Shown: positions 48,061 through 61,317 of the stretch, piece after piece
Position numbering within the stretch: position 1 is the first letter of the stretch
Layout: the number at the start of each line of letters is the position of its first letter
Source of the DNA: Convolutriloba macropyga
Lineage: Eukaryota
Reading direction: 5' to 3'
DNA length: 64,000 bases
Assembly: GCF_964194025.1 (NCBI RefSeq)
Contig: NC_134468.1
Location: 23,064,001 to 23,128,000 of the forward strand
The notes under the pieces: generated by a model
What the model was told of the DNA's origin: nothing
The model's input: only the letters and a program-made list of their open reading frames with translations
The model's database searches: none
Program-made: the position numbers and the translations under genes

Positions 48061-49413
48061 ATCTCAGCAATTGAAGTTTATCGGAAAAAAGTTTCCCGAT
48101 AACAATATGACCAAAATCTAAGGGTACCAAGTCTAAGAAATATTATTTGTAAGATATTGAATTTTGCGTAAACATAAAACAGTAATATGAACAATAGTTT
48201 AAAAAAGTAATAACGAAAATAAGAATAATAATAGTAACAATAATAATAGTAAGCAAACTATCAACACTTAAAATAAAAAACAATAATAAACAATAATTAA
48301 TAATAGTAAAAATAAAAATAGTGAGCAAAATATTAAGAACATTAACAATCTTAAACAATAATAATAAAGATGAAAATAAATATAATGATATTATAAGTTT
48401 AATAACATTAATTATACAAAAATTAAAATTTGTATATTAATAATTTTCTTAATAGTAAAATTCAAAAAATGAGCATAATAAAGTACCTTGAAATATGTTA
48501 ACAAACATTTTATAATAAGGATGTTTTTAGTGGGATCAATGGCATTATTACTGATATCAACAAAAATCAAAATAAAATTGATAGAAACATTTTTTTTAAA
48601 AAAACGTGTGATCTTCTGCATAGTTTTTAGAAGGCTAATGACGAACACTCACTAACACTCACTAGCATGCCACAACACTGAACAAAAGCAGTTAATGTAT
48701 CTTGAAAGGCGTTATTACAAAAACAGATATCACCGAATGTTCATCAACGGAAGCCATTCAACCAACCAGTTCCTACAGTATTTGAAAAAATTTTGCAGTC
48801 CTCCTAAATTGGATACTGTTGGCTTTTTCAAATACGTTTTTTGCGCAAATTGAGGATCCATATAGTATGAACTAAAAATAATTTTTTGAGGTTGTCCTTG
48901 AATCAAAAAATTTCAGACAATACTGATTTTAGAATGCAGTTGCACGTTTTGTTTGATGCAAACCTGGTCGTTAGCCTATAAACAATTACTGACCTACGAC
49001 AGGTCTATACTAATTTTCCCATTCCCCTGACAGGTTTCTTAAAAGATCCTAGACGTTTCGAAACGCAAATGATCTTCAGCTCATTGAATGTAATTGACTT
49101 GAAAACTATTCTTATTTCACAATTTTTATGTCCTTTACCGTCATTTCAAGTGACGGTGTAAATTATTCTGACTCAAGCCTTTTTCAAAATTAATTTATTC
49201 ACTGTCTTAGTATTTTTATTACATTGAAAATGAGGCTGTTCGCTCTCACAGGAAAAAAAGCATTTTGACTCTCCTATTGGTCTTGTCATACACGAATCTT
49301 CATAAATCATTTCTGTAAAATCTCATTTGATGTCATATTCAGCGCATTTAGATTTATTTCACGTATCATTTCTACTCTTTAAATGAAGTTACTTCCCGTA
49401 TGCTGAGATAATT

Positions 49414-51185
49414 TCTGCTCAGACAAGTTAATTCTGTAAATCAGGCAGATTTTTTACCTTGTTGTGCGCATCCTGTTCAGATTTTCAATCAAAATCTTTA
49501 TCTCGCTCTGCGTTTCCCCCATACAAAATTCTAGTGAAAACAAATTCAATCCAATTCCAATTCTTTCCGGCAAAACTTGCTAACAAAAGTTATGTAGAGT
49601 TTAAGCTGCGTTAAATACAGTGAATAAAATTTCTTGAACGAAATAGTGCAGTCATTGAAAATTAAACGAATTCTCTAGGGGTTGGTTCCTTCTCGGAAAA
49701 TTTTGCGCGAGATCCTTCTCTCGGCTGGATATCTTTATATCTTTATTCAAGGTCGCTGTATTAGCAAAAGCAAATTTTATACTAGACACATTGCTTGGCT
49801 TAAAACCCAAAAGTATGCAATCGTCTTTTGAACCTCTCTATGACGAGACGACATCAGGATAGTCAGCGATTTCAGAAAAGTTGCTAGAAACGAAATAACA
49901 AAAGATGAATTGGCATGAAATACGTCAACGAATTGTCGGAGTACGGTTTTTGTATGGCAACAAGCCTTGGTCACTCGCGAATCAAAATCATAGTCGGCGT
50001 ATATGAGTTTCGAGTGAGAAAACAGACGTCATTTCAATTGTTAGTAGTAAGTTAGAAGTAGAAGTTAGTATTGGAAGCCTTTTTTCGACCAAAAAATATC
50101 ACGTTTTTTTTATTGACACGTTGTTCTAATCACAAAATAACTAAAAAATAAGATCTTCGACTACTCATCAGAGTTAAATTATAACAAAATTGACTGACCC
50201 TGAAGTCCAAAACGATCTACTCAAGAAAACCGTAGATGCTCAGAAAACTCCAAAAAGGAACCACCGATTTGCTGATCTAATTATCTGCTCAGACAAATTA
50301 ATTCAGTAAATAAGGCAAATTTTTTAACTTGTTCTGCGCATCTTGTTCAGATTTTCAATAAAAATCTTTATCTCGCTCTGCATTTTCCCCATACAATATT
50401 CTAGTGAAAACAAATTCAATGCGATTGCAATTATTTCCGGCAAAACTTGCTAACAAAAGTTATGTATGAGTTTAAGCTCCGTTAAACACAGTGAATAAAA
50501 TTTCTTCAACGAAATAGTGCATTCATTGATATATAAACGAATTCGCTAGGGGTTGGTTCTTTCTCGGAAAATTCTGCGCGAGATCCCTCTCTAGGCTGGA
50601 TATCTTTATATCTTTATTCAAGGTCGCTGTATTAGCAAAAGCAAAATTTATACTAGACACATTGCTTGGCTTAAAACCCAAAAGTATGCAATCGTCTTTT
50701 GAACCCCTCTTTGATGAGACGACATCAGGATAGTCAGCGATTTCAGAAAAAAATGCCAGAAACGAAATAACAAAAGATGAATTGGCATGACATATGTCAA
50801 CGAATTGTGTCAGAGTACGGGTTTTCTGTTGCAACAAGCCTTGGGCACTTACGAATTAAAATCATTGTTGGCGTATTTGAGTTTCGGGAGAGAAAGCAGA
50901 CGTTATTTCTTTTGTAAAAAGTAAGTTAGAAGCAAAGTTAATAGTGGAAGCCTTTATTCGGCCGAGAAGTATCACGTTTCATAGACCGTTTCTTCTAATC
51001 ACAGACTAACTAAAGAGGAAGATCTTGGACAACTTTTAGCGAAAACCTATGCAGATAGTTTAAAAATTTAACTTTGAGAACAAAGAGAGACCGCTCATCA
51101 GAGAAAAATTATAACAAACCTGACTGACCCTGACATCCAAAACGAACTACTCCAGAAAAATGTTAAACCATAGAAAACTCCTAAA
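49414..51185 (+). repeat. Tandem duplication of a ~870-bp unit
   Basis: tctgctcagacaa.ttaattc.gtaaat at 49414 and 50284; the copies are collinear throughout. Confidence 0.88.
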
Positions 51186-51384
51186 CTGGCAATCAATATG
51201 GAATTGGATATGAGGAATCAACACCATATTCAAGCACACAACCACACCCTTGCTTTGACAAAAAACGCTAATAATTTTTATAGTACTGCCTCGCGTCAAA
51301 ATATGGCAATAAAAAATTTTCAATCCCAAATTAAATTCATTCGTGCTCGTTCGCATCACAGAGCCAGAAAATCATTTTAGCATA

Positions 51385-51470
51385 GTCCCCAGGCCATAAA
51401 GAGAAATGTATTGCACGAGGAGCGAAGTGTCAAGTTTGTAGTTTAACAAACGGTTATTCCGAGATGTGAA
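51385..51470 (+). pseudogene. Possible Gypsy gag zinc-knuckle remnant
   Basis: PGHKEKCIARGAKCQVCSLTNGYSEM* resembles the CPARGxxCxxCxxxNHFxxMC motif. Confidence 0.35.
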
Positions 51471-51886
51471 TAATACTCAGACAACATAAAACCGCTTTTC
51501 AAAATACAAGTACTAGAGAAGCAATGGATGCAGTTGGACATAGAAATAGAAATGGAAACTCAGTCAATTTTGTTGAATTCAACGTTTAAATCCAAATCTA
51601 TATGAGTATGAAAAGATAGTTGTTAGGACCATATTATGGTAGTAGTAACCAAAGAAAACGTTGAGAAAATAGAACGCATAAAAGTGCCACTCTTGAGAGG
51701 CACTATTACAGGTGAATCCAATGTTGGTGGATCTTGGCAAAGCTTGTAAAGTTCTCCACATATAACTTGCAGCGCATTGTGAAATCTTCAACACCAGTAT
51801 TCTTTGTCAACAGAATTGAGACCCGGGATGAAGTCCGCGACCCAAGACAGGTATGGGCCAGACGGACTTGGGTCGCTGACAGGGGG

Positions 51887-52099
51887 TGTTAATGCCTCAC
51901 ATTAACTTCGATTACTTTGCCGCAATTGTAAGGTTGATTGTTATGACTTTATAACCCAAAATTGTAAGAGAATGAGAAGTCGACTGTAACCGTAAAATGT
52001 AAAAAGATGTTATTGATGTATAAATGAACCAAACAAGAGAAACTATGGGAATTGAAACCTTGAAGATAACCTTTATCAATGCGGGATCAAGCCTTATCA
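51887..52099 (+). repeat. 5' LTR (213 bp)
   Basis: Matches 61105-61317 with 7 substitutions by manual count. Confidence 0.96.
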
Positions 52100-52607
52100 T
52101 TTTTGGCGCTTTTGGAAATAATTACCACTAACACGACATATTGAACGGAAGCGTGCTCTACAATCCGAAGTGTTTGGCCCTCAATGGTTGACATTGGTTT
52201 AATGTGATTGGGTTGTGGTGAGATAGTCTCTATGAAATGGAGAAGCAGAGGCAGCAGAAACAACAGGAGATGGGAAGTCAAGTCTGACGAGCAAAGGGAA
52301 GCGTCTCACAGATAAGAAATGCATAAAATTTGTGAAACTATGAAGAGTCCGCATTAACATTTTCGTGACTAACTTCAGGTAATACCTATCCCCTAGAACA
52401 CCACTTTTTCCTACTTGGGTTTTCATTTTCGGGAATTGTACAGTAATAGTTGTACTGCTCATTGAAATAATCAACAACTAGCATATATCGAACATCAAAG
52501 CATTTATTATAGTCGTGTGCGTATATTTTGAGTTGTTACATTAAAAAAAAATTCGGGTCCGCTGAAAAATTTTGCAAAGATTTTATTGACAAGCATGATG
52601 AAGAGGA

Positions 52608-53290
52608 TCCAGCCAGCCCACTCAGGCCAACCTGAGCCATCAGCAGCTGCACCCAACAGCCTCCAGTGTTCTGCCAGCAAAACCAGCTTGCAGTAGAACC
52701 TCACTACTGCCCTCCAATCGCCAGTCAGCCCACTCAGGCCAACCTGAGCCATCAGCAGCTGCACCCAACAGCCTCCAATGTTCTGCCAGCAGAACCAGCT
52801 TGCAGTAGACTTTCACTACTGCCCTCCAATTGCCAGCCAGCCCACTCAGGCCAACCTGAGCCAACAGCAGCTGCACCCAACAGCCTCCAGTGTTCTGCCA
52901 GCAGAACCAGCTTGCAGTAGACCCTCACTACTGCCCTCCAATCGCCAGCCAGCCCACTCAGCCCAACCTGAGCCATCAGCAGCTGCACCCATCAACCTCT
53001 AGTGTTCTGCCAGCAGAACCAGCTTGCAGTAGACCCTCACTACTGCCCTGCAATCGCCAGCCAGCCCACTCACGCCAACCTGAGCCATCAGCAGAGCCAG
53101 CCCACTCAGGCCAACCTGAGTCATCAGCAGCTGCGCCCAACAGCCTCCAGTGTTCTGCCAGCAGAACCAGCTTGCAGTAGACCCTCACTACTGCCCTCCA
53201 ATCGCCAGTCAGCCCACTCAGGCCAACCTGAGCCATCAGCAGCTGCACCCAACAGCCTCTAGTGTTCTGCCAGCAGAACCAGCTTGTAGT
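52608..53290. repeat. 112-bp tandem repeat, ~6 copies
   Basis: cagcccactcaggccaacctgagccatcagcagctgcacccaacagcctcc... at 52614, 52726, 52838, 52950 and onward. Confidence 0.93.
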
Positions 53291-53302
53291 GCATCTGTCC
53301 TT

Positions 53303-53885
53303 CAGTGACACCTCCAAGTGACCCAAAAAAGTCACCCATTGTCCCCCAGGGACACCCCAAGTGATCTACAAAAGTCACTCATTGTCCCCCAGGGACACCT
53401 CAAGTGACGTACAAAAGTCAGTCATTGTCCCCCAGCGACTCCCCAAGTGACCCACGAAAGTCACCCATTGTCCCCCAGGGACCCCCAAGTGACCTACAAA
53501 AGTCACCCATTGTCCCCCAGCGAGCCCCAAGTGAACTACAAAAGTCACCCACTGTCCTCCAGGGACCCCCCAAGTGACCCTCAAAAGTCACCCGTTGTCC
53601 CCCAGCGCCACCCAAATGACCTACAAAAGTCACCCACTGTCGTACAGGGACCCCCAAGTGACCTACAAAAGTCACCCATTGTCCCCCAGCGACCCCCTCA
53701 AGTGAACTACAAAAGTCACCCACTGTCCTCCAGGGACCCCCCGAGTGACCTACGAAAGGTACCCATTGTCCCCTAGCGACCCCCCAAGTGACCTACAAAA
53801 GTCACCAACTGTCCTCCACGGACCCCCCAAGTGACTTACGAAAGTCATCTCTTTTCCTCCAGAGATCTCCAAGTGAATTCCAAAA
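53303..53885. repeat. ~43-bp tandem repeat, ~13 copies
   Basis: Unit ccccaagtgacctacaaaagtcacccattgtcccccagggac. Confidence 0.92.
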
Positions 53886-53899
53886 ATCACTATCTCACC

Positions 53900-54960
53900 T
53901 CTAAATGACCTCTAAAATGTCAAACGGTCACCACACTTGACCTCTAAGTGACCCCTAAAGGGTCAAAAATTAAACCTACTTGACCTCTAAGTGACATCTA
54001 AAAGGTCAAATAGTCACACCCCTTGACTTCTAAAGGTCAACCAGTCACCCTACTTGACCGCTAAAAGGTCAAACAGTCAGCCTATTTGACCTATAAGTGA
54101 CCTCTAAAAGGTCAGAAGGTTAACCCACTTGACCTCTAAGTGACCTCTAAAATGTCAAATAGTCACCCCCTTTGACTTCTAAAAGGTCAAACAGTCACAC
54201 TACTTGACCTCTAATAGGTCAAACCACTTGACCTCTTATAGATCAAACAACTTGACCTCTAATAGGTCAAACCAGTTGACCTCTAATAGGTCAAATCTGT
54301 TGACCTCTAATAGGTCACACCACTTGACCTCTAATAGATCAAATCAATTGACCTCAAATAGGTCAAACCACTTGACCTCTAAGAGGTCAAGCCACTTGAC
54401 CTCTGATAGGTCAAACCACTTGACCTCTAATAGGTCACGCCACTTGACCTCTAATAAGTCAAACCAGTTGACCTCTAATAGGTCAAATCTGTTGACCTCT
54501 AATAGGTCACACCACTTGACCTCTAATAGGTCAAACCAGTTGACCTCTAATAGGTCAAATCTGTTGACCTCTAATAGGTCACACCACTTGACCTCTAATA
54601 GATCAAATCACTTGACCTCTAATAGATCGAATCACTTGACCTCTAATAGGTGAAACCAGTTGACCTCTATAAGGTCAAACCACTTGACCTCAAATAGGTC
54701 AAACCACTTGACCTCTAATAGGTCAAACCAGTTGACCTCTAACAGGTCAAATCTGTTGACCTCTAACAGTTCAAACCACTTGACCTCTAATAGGTCAAAC
54801 CTGTTGACCTCTAATAGGTCGATCTACTTGACTGCTATTAGGTCAAACCACTTGAAATCTAATAGGTCAAACCACTTCACCTCTCAGTGACCTCTAAAAG
54901 GTCAAAAAGTCATCTCACCTGACCTCTAAGTGACCGTTAAAAAGTCAAAAAATCACTCGT
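53900..54960. repeat. 24-bp palindromic tandem repeat (~28 regular copies at 54203-54885) with transitional flanks
   Basis: Unit TTGACCT-CTAAT-AGGTCAA-ACCAC. Confidence 0.93.
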
Positions 54961-55099
54961 TGTGACCTCCAAGGGGCCTATATTCACTCCATTTGACCTT
55001 TCAACTTCCTCTAAAGTTCAGATAGTCAGTCCAATAAAGAAAATGGGAGGTCGAAAGCCATCAATAGTTGGAACAGTTAGATTGTTTCACTGAAAACTA

Positions 55100-58000
55100 A
55101 ACATTGTCAAAGAGCTCAAACAGTAGCTAGAATATCAACTACACTCAGGTCTGGAACCCGAAGTTGTGTCAGTAACACAAGATGAATTCAAGAAAACAAT
55201 GTCACAGCTAGATGAGATTGTCGACCAGCTTACACAATCCGAAAATGTGGACGCTGAAGACTCTCTCAACGATGCAGCATGTTTGACAAAGCTAAAAGTA
55301 GAAATCACACAAAACTGTAAAGAAGCATTATTTTTCCTTCAGAAATACTTCAACGCGTCCAAGCAGCGCCGCTTCATCACGCAGTAACCGGATACCGGTT
55401 CCCTCTGCACCTGAGTCTCCAGGAGTTGTCCAATGCAAGATAACCGACAGCGACAAGTCAATAATTTGGAAGACCAGCAATCAACATCCAACCCGATTAT
55501 TATCCATAGACAAGTGCAGTCCGCCATGGGAGTTTTGCAAGAAAACTCTAATGGAGCCATCAGTTCTTGTGTACAAAATAGTCTCCAGCCATCAGCACTG
55601 GAACAAACAGACTCTGACAACGTAGCAAGCAATCAACATCAGCCCCTTCAACCAATAGAACCGATTGTCAATCCAACAATTGTTACGCAGAGCTCTATTG
55701 GGGCAACTTGTGCGTTCCCACAATTGTCTACAGCTTCAAATATTCAACTGCCAGTTTTTAGTGGAACACTCCCTCCGGCTAAAAATACTTTCCTTTCTGC
55801 CAGGCCCATTAATAACACCGGCCTCTTTGAAAACGTAACTGACCATAGAACACCTGTTCTAGATTCTTTCGGCAATCGTTTCCCAACGCCAAGCCATTCC
55901 GGTCCATTTCAGTCATATTGCCCAAATAGTTGGTCAAACTTAGCAAACGGTAGTTTTGAGCCCTCAAACGTAACCCCTCGTTGACCTGTTTACCCAAGCA
56001 GCCAAAGCTTTGGTAATCAAAACTCCAACCCCTATCGTCAACGGAACATTCACCGCTCAGTAAAGCTGCTGGACATCCGAATTCAGAAGTTGGATGGAGA
56101 CCAAATGAAGTGGAACGAATGGAGCAGCATGTTTTCTTCGACCATCCACAACAACGAAGACATCACTGACACTGAAAGAATGAGCTATTTGCAAAGTTTA
56201 GTCATTGGACCGGCAAAGGATTTCATCTCCGGCTTTCTTTGCAACCCAAATTTTTACTCTTCCGCCCTTAAAGAGCTCAACAGACGCTTTGGAAACCCGC
56301 AAAACGTTGTCGGTGCCTTAACAAAAGAACTAGAAGCTTTCCAAAGACCGGCTATGAATGACCACTCAGCTTTAATAGCTTTCGCTTCGCTGTTAAGAAA
56401 GGTTGTTCAGACGTTTGCCTCACATGGCTTCAGTGCCGACCCAAATGCCACGCACTTGCTCAGGATAGCCCGAGATAAACTACCAAACCCAATCAAGTTG
56501 AAGTGGACCGAACATGTTGTTGACAACGACTGGACAAATCCAGGTCTCACAGAGCTTTCCGATTGAATCGATCGGCAATCTAGAGCCTTAGAATAATTAC
56601 AAGACGCATTTTTATCAACCACTAACAACCATTCAAGTCAACAAAACCAATCACAGGGTTCAAAATCCTTCAACAATCGGAATAAGAACTAAAATCGTAC
56701 AAACTGGAAACAGAATTTCCCCGGAAGTAAAAGCTCTAACCCCAGCAATAAAAGCTTTGAAAATAACAGTAGAGCAAATAGAAACATCGATAATGCAAAG
56801 CCTCAGCAATGGATGGCAAACAGTAACAACAACACGAAAGGAAGCTCTTCTTTCTCTGGTTCAAAGCAGCCTATGAGAAATGCAACCGCAAATAGGGGCA
56901 GAACAAAATGCCCGCTTGATCATCAAGATCACTACATTGGCAAGTGTCCGCATTTTCTCAGTCTCGATGTCAGCAGACGCAATAGCGAAGCAAAAAAGAA
57001 CTCTTTGTGCTTCAATTGCCTAAGTACCAGTCACGCAGCCAAAAACTGCACGTCAAAAATTTTCTGTCGCCATTGCAATGGCAAACACCACAGCCTTCTC
57101 CACACAGACAGACAAAAGGCACCCGAATCTACAAACTTGACAGAAATTGATCTCCCAATGTGTGAACCATTGGACCAACAGGACAAAAGCAATGACAATC
57201 CAACCCAGGTTTACAATCCTGGTTTTCCACCAAGAACAAGAAATCAACTACAGGTGATACCTGTCACCCTTTTCGGAAATGATAATAACAGACATAATTG
57301 TTATGCCATTCTGGACAACGGTAGCACCATTTCATACGTCCTCAACACTACTGCCGACAAGGTAGGGGCTCCAAAAATTTCAGACTTTGATCTGAATGTG
57401 TCGCACGCATTTGACGAATCCGTCATGCACGCAAATCTTGTTCGCTTGGACATTGGAAAGCTCAATAGCGATCAACCACTCTTCCGTTTAAACAATGTCC
57501 ATGCAGTGGGAAATTGGACTTTCAACGATGCACCTGTGAACGATTTGAACGAAGCATGTTCATCCTACCCTCACCTTCAACATATACATTTTCCTAAACT
57601 TAGTGATAACAAGATACAGATACTTTTAGGTATTGACGCTACCCAGTACATTCTGGAATGCGAGTTCCTTCAAGGAGCCTGAGGAAGCCCCTTTGCTTTA
57701 CGCAATCTTCTCGGTTGGACAATTACAGGCCCAATTAAGCAAAAAACCGAGCCATTCCTGCAGGAAACAAACTTCCTATCACATAGATATAGAGCCTTTG
57801 ACCATGCGCTCACAAATTTAACTGTTGATACTGAAAGACATTTCAGTGAATGTGTGACCAGTTTCTGGAAAATCGAGAGCACAGGAACCGAATTTGAAGA
57901 AACTGCAGATACTTCAACTGAAAGTAAAAAAGCAATTCAATTATTACAAGATACAATCCACCATATCGGAGACAGGTATGAAATTGGTTTACTTTGGAAA

Positions 58001-61000
58001 CAGGACAGTAAATTGGAAAACAACTATCCGGTTGCCAAAGCACAGCTTGACAGCCTATAGCGCCGACTAAACAAAGATTTTGTGTTGAAACATTTGTATG
58101 GGAAAACTTTGAAAACAGATTTGGAGAAAGGTTATGTCAAATCAGTTACATTCTCAAATCCAGCACCAGAGAAGATTTGGTACCTTCCCCATCACCCTGT
58201 CACGAATCCCAACAGACCTGGGAAAATCAGGCGCGTTGCAAACGCCGCATCTGTTTTTAAGAAGCAGTCGCTAAACAAAAACCTTCTCTCAGGCCCCGAC
58301 CTTCTCAACAACCTGGTTGGCTCACTACTTCGCTTTCGCCAGGATTCTGTTGCAGTAATGGCAGACATAGAGGCCATGTTTATGCAAATTTGCATACAAA
58401 CAGAAGATCAGTCTTGTCTCCGTATTCTTTGGCCGTCAAAGAACTCCATACAGCAGTTCCAGTACACGCGACTCATCTTTGGAGCCAGATGTTCACCAAC
58501 TACAGCAATATTTGTCCTCCAAGAAACAGCAAAAGACTTCGGAAACACCGCTACAAAAGATCTAATATTCAACAGTTTCTACATGAATGACTTTGTACAT
58601 TCGTTCGTCAGTGAACAGAAAGCTGAAACTGCAGTTCAAGACTTGCGACAAACACTCTCTAAAGGAGGTTTCAGTCTAACTAAGTTTGTCTCAAACTCTG
58701 TTCAATGTCTAAGCAAATTACCCAAAGAACATTGTGACAATGAAAAAGACGAACATCGTGTCTTAGGCGTAATGTGGAATACGGTTAATGATACTTTCTT
58801 CCACCAGAAGCTTGCCAAAGTTCAGGAAGACAAAACGGACTACACACTCAGAAAGCTCCTTTCCTTAATTGCCTGCTTGCTCGGTCCATTGGGAATCGTT
58901 GCCCCATTATTGATTACACTCAAAATCATCTTGCAGGGTACTTGGAAAGAAGGACTTGCATGGGAGAGTCTCCTGTCAGATGAGAAACAGAAATCAATAA
59001 AAACTTGGATAGAGCAATATCTAAATGTGCCAGAAATATCAATGCCACAATGTTTTGTTTCTCCGAACGAATCATCTCCGATAAACCAGTTACATTGCCT
59101 CTGTGATGCCTCACAGCTGGCTTATGGAGCAGTCATATACATCAGATCTCAATCAGCTAACACCATTTCAACTGGTTTTGTCATAGCTAGAGCTAAAGTT
59201 GCACCACTAAAGCAAATCAGTATCCCGAAACTTGAGTTGCAAGCAGCCATGCTAGGATGTAGATTAATGCAATTTGTTTCCAAGCAGCTAACAATACCAC
59301 CTACCTCGAGACACTTTTGGAGCGACAATGAAGCTGTCCTTGCCTGAATCAAAAGCAAAGACAAATTGAATACTTTTATTGCGAACAGAGTACAAGAGAT
59401 CCGCAACAATACAAACGTCTCCAAGTGGCAGCATATCAGCGGAAAAGTCAACCCAGCAGACCATGTCTCCCCAGGAATACCAGCCTGTGATGTCAATAAG
59501 TTGTAGTTAACGCCTCCAGCTTTCCTAAGTGATCACGAAAGCCATTGGAGGAACTCCTTGGGTAACACGGAGGCGACAAAAGTCACAATGGAAACATCGA
59601 ACGATGACTGTATTATCGACGTCAGCAGATTCTCAAAGTGGACGAAGTTATTGCGCTCTATGGCTTTTGTCATATGGTTCATAAAGAATCTCAGATCGAA
59701 ACAAAGAGGCAAACTAGAACTCGGCGACATTAACGAAGCCCGAATTTATCTCTTCAGAAAATCGCAAGAGAAGTTCTTCAAAGACGCTATCAAAGACATG
59801 AAACAACACAGGCCTTTGTCAAAGAAAGATCGTCTGCTCTGCTTGCCCCTTTCTTTGAAAATGGACTTCTTCGCGTTGATGGCAGAACAAAACGAAGCTC
59901 GCTACCCTTTGACGCCAAGCACCCTATCATCCTGGACTCTAAAGAGCACAGCATTCAACTCTACATACAGAAATGCCACGAAATTTGTATGCACATTGGA
60001 GTGGAATACACTCGCAACTACATACAACAGAGATGCCACATTCTTGGAATCACACTCTTCCTGAGAAGTTTGGCCTTCAAATGTTTCGACTGTCGCCGCT
60101 TCCGAACACAGGGCCACCGATGACAGACTTGCCAGACATTCGTTTCCAGGAAACACAGTCACCAGTCATCTTCACCAATGTCGGCGTGGACTACCTTGGA
60201 TTTTATGCCGTCGTTCATTGAGTTCCAGAAGTGAAGACCTACATTTGCCTATTTACTTGCTTGGTTACAGGAGCAATTCACCTGGAAGTTGCAGAGGACC
60301 GACACAGAGCACAGACAAGTGTTTGACAGCAGTCCGAAGCTTCATCGCTCGACGCGGCCAACCTCGGTTGTTCTTGTCAGACAACAGATCCAACTTCCTG
60401 GGAGCAAGAAAGCAGATCAGAAGAAGACCACTGATGTTGGACCACGACTAAATCAAAGATCAGCTACTGAATCAGTCTGTCGAATGGAAGCTCAACCCTC
60501 CTTCTGCTCCTCACTTCGGTGGGGTGTGGGAGAGACTCGTTCAGTGTGTCAAACGAGTTCTTCTCTTGAACCTCGGCTCCGCAAAATTCACCCCAGATGT
60601 CTTTGCCACGATCGTCAGTGAAGCCGAGTGTCTTGTCAACTCGCGTCCACTCACCCACGTGAGAAGCAACCACGAAGACGACAACCCCCTTACACCAAAC
60701 CACTTCTTGCCTGGAAGGCCCTTCTGCAATGTTCCTGGGGCCGTTTTCAACAAGATACTTACCTTGAAGAGTTAGGCGTGGACACAGTTGAAGCAGAGAC
60801 TTCAGCAGATTTGGAAGAGGCTGCTAACCGAGTATGTTCATTCGCTGAACAAACGACAGAAGTGGACGTCTCGTGAAGGAGCTTTGGAAGTGGATGATGT
60901 TGTCTGGCTCCTTGAAAAGTTTACACCAAGAGGAATCTGGCCACTGGGACAAGTCACACGGACTTCCACCGGCCCCAGCAACATAGCTAGGTCATGCGAG

Positions 61001-61070
61001 GTTAAGACCGCTTTAGGCAAATTAATAAGACCAGCAGTAAAACTTATGCATGTTTACCCCAAGCCCCCTA
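55100..61070 (+). pseudogene. BEL/Pao gag-pol polyprotein with many stops and frameshifts
   Basis: DUF1759-like gag (DGDQMKWNEWSSMF), three Cys/His knuckles (CFNCLSTSHAAKNC, CRHCNGKHHSLLH), protease AILDNGS, RT (WYLPHHPV, ADIEAMF, FGARCSP, FYMND in place of YMDD), Pao RNase H (CDASQLAYGAV, IPKLELQAA), integrase (GVDYLG, SDN, WERLV, LTPNHFL) and a DUF5641-like C-terminus. Confidence 0.95.
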
Positions 61071-61104
61071 GCAGGTTAGGGTTAGGTTCTGTGGGCCCCG
61101 AGGA

Positions 61105-61317
61105 TGTTAATGCCTCACATTAACTTCGATTATTTTGCCGCAATTGTAAGGTTGATTGTTATGACTTTATAACCCAAAATTGTAAGAGAATGAGAAGTCG
61201 GCTCTAACCGTAAAATGTAAAATGATGTTATTGATGTATAAAAGAACCAAACAAGAGAAACTATGGGAATTGAAACCTTGAAGATAACCTTTATCACTGC
61301 GGGATCAAGCGTTATCA
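61105..61317 (+). repeat. 3' LTR (213 bp)
   Basis: tgttaatgcc...gttatca followed by the TSD ggggg. Confidence 0.96.

Larger units (their letters stand above)
44606..48340 (+). repeat. Tandem segmental duplication (copy 1 ~44606-46433, copy 2 ~46434-48340)
   Basis: Both copies start gacaagctt.ctagtgataccagt.tcaactctctacgat and are collinear. Copy 2 has a deletion and a SINE insertion relative to copy 1. Confidence 0.85.
51887..61317 (+). mobile_element. BEL/Pao LTR retrotransposon, full length, inactivated
   Basis: TG..CA LTRs, GGGGG TSD, PBS-like tggcgc at 52104, PPT gggccccgagga, and gag-PR-RT-RH-IN domain order. Confidence 0.96.

Noticed and set aside
52507-53776. ORFs over the 112-bp and 43-bp arrays
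   Set aside because: Unit lengths are not multiples of three, so the frame shifts with every unit.
54204-54890. (LTSNRSNH)n repeat protein ORFs
   Set aside because: By-product of a 24-bp unit; no ATG start or splice context.
52608-54960. CRISPR-like appearance of palindromic repeats
   Set aside because: No unique spacers, no cas genes, and a eukaryotic context. The same applies to the arrays at 30.3-32.2 kb and 63.2-63.8 kb.
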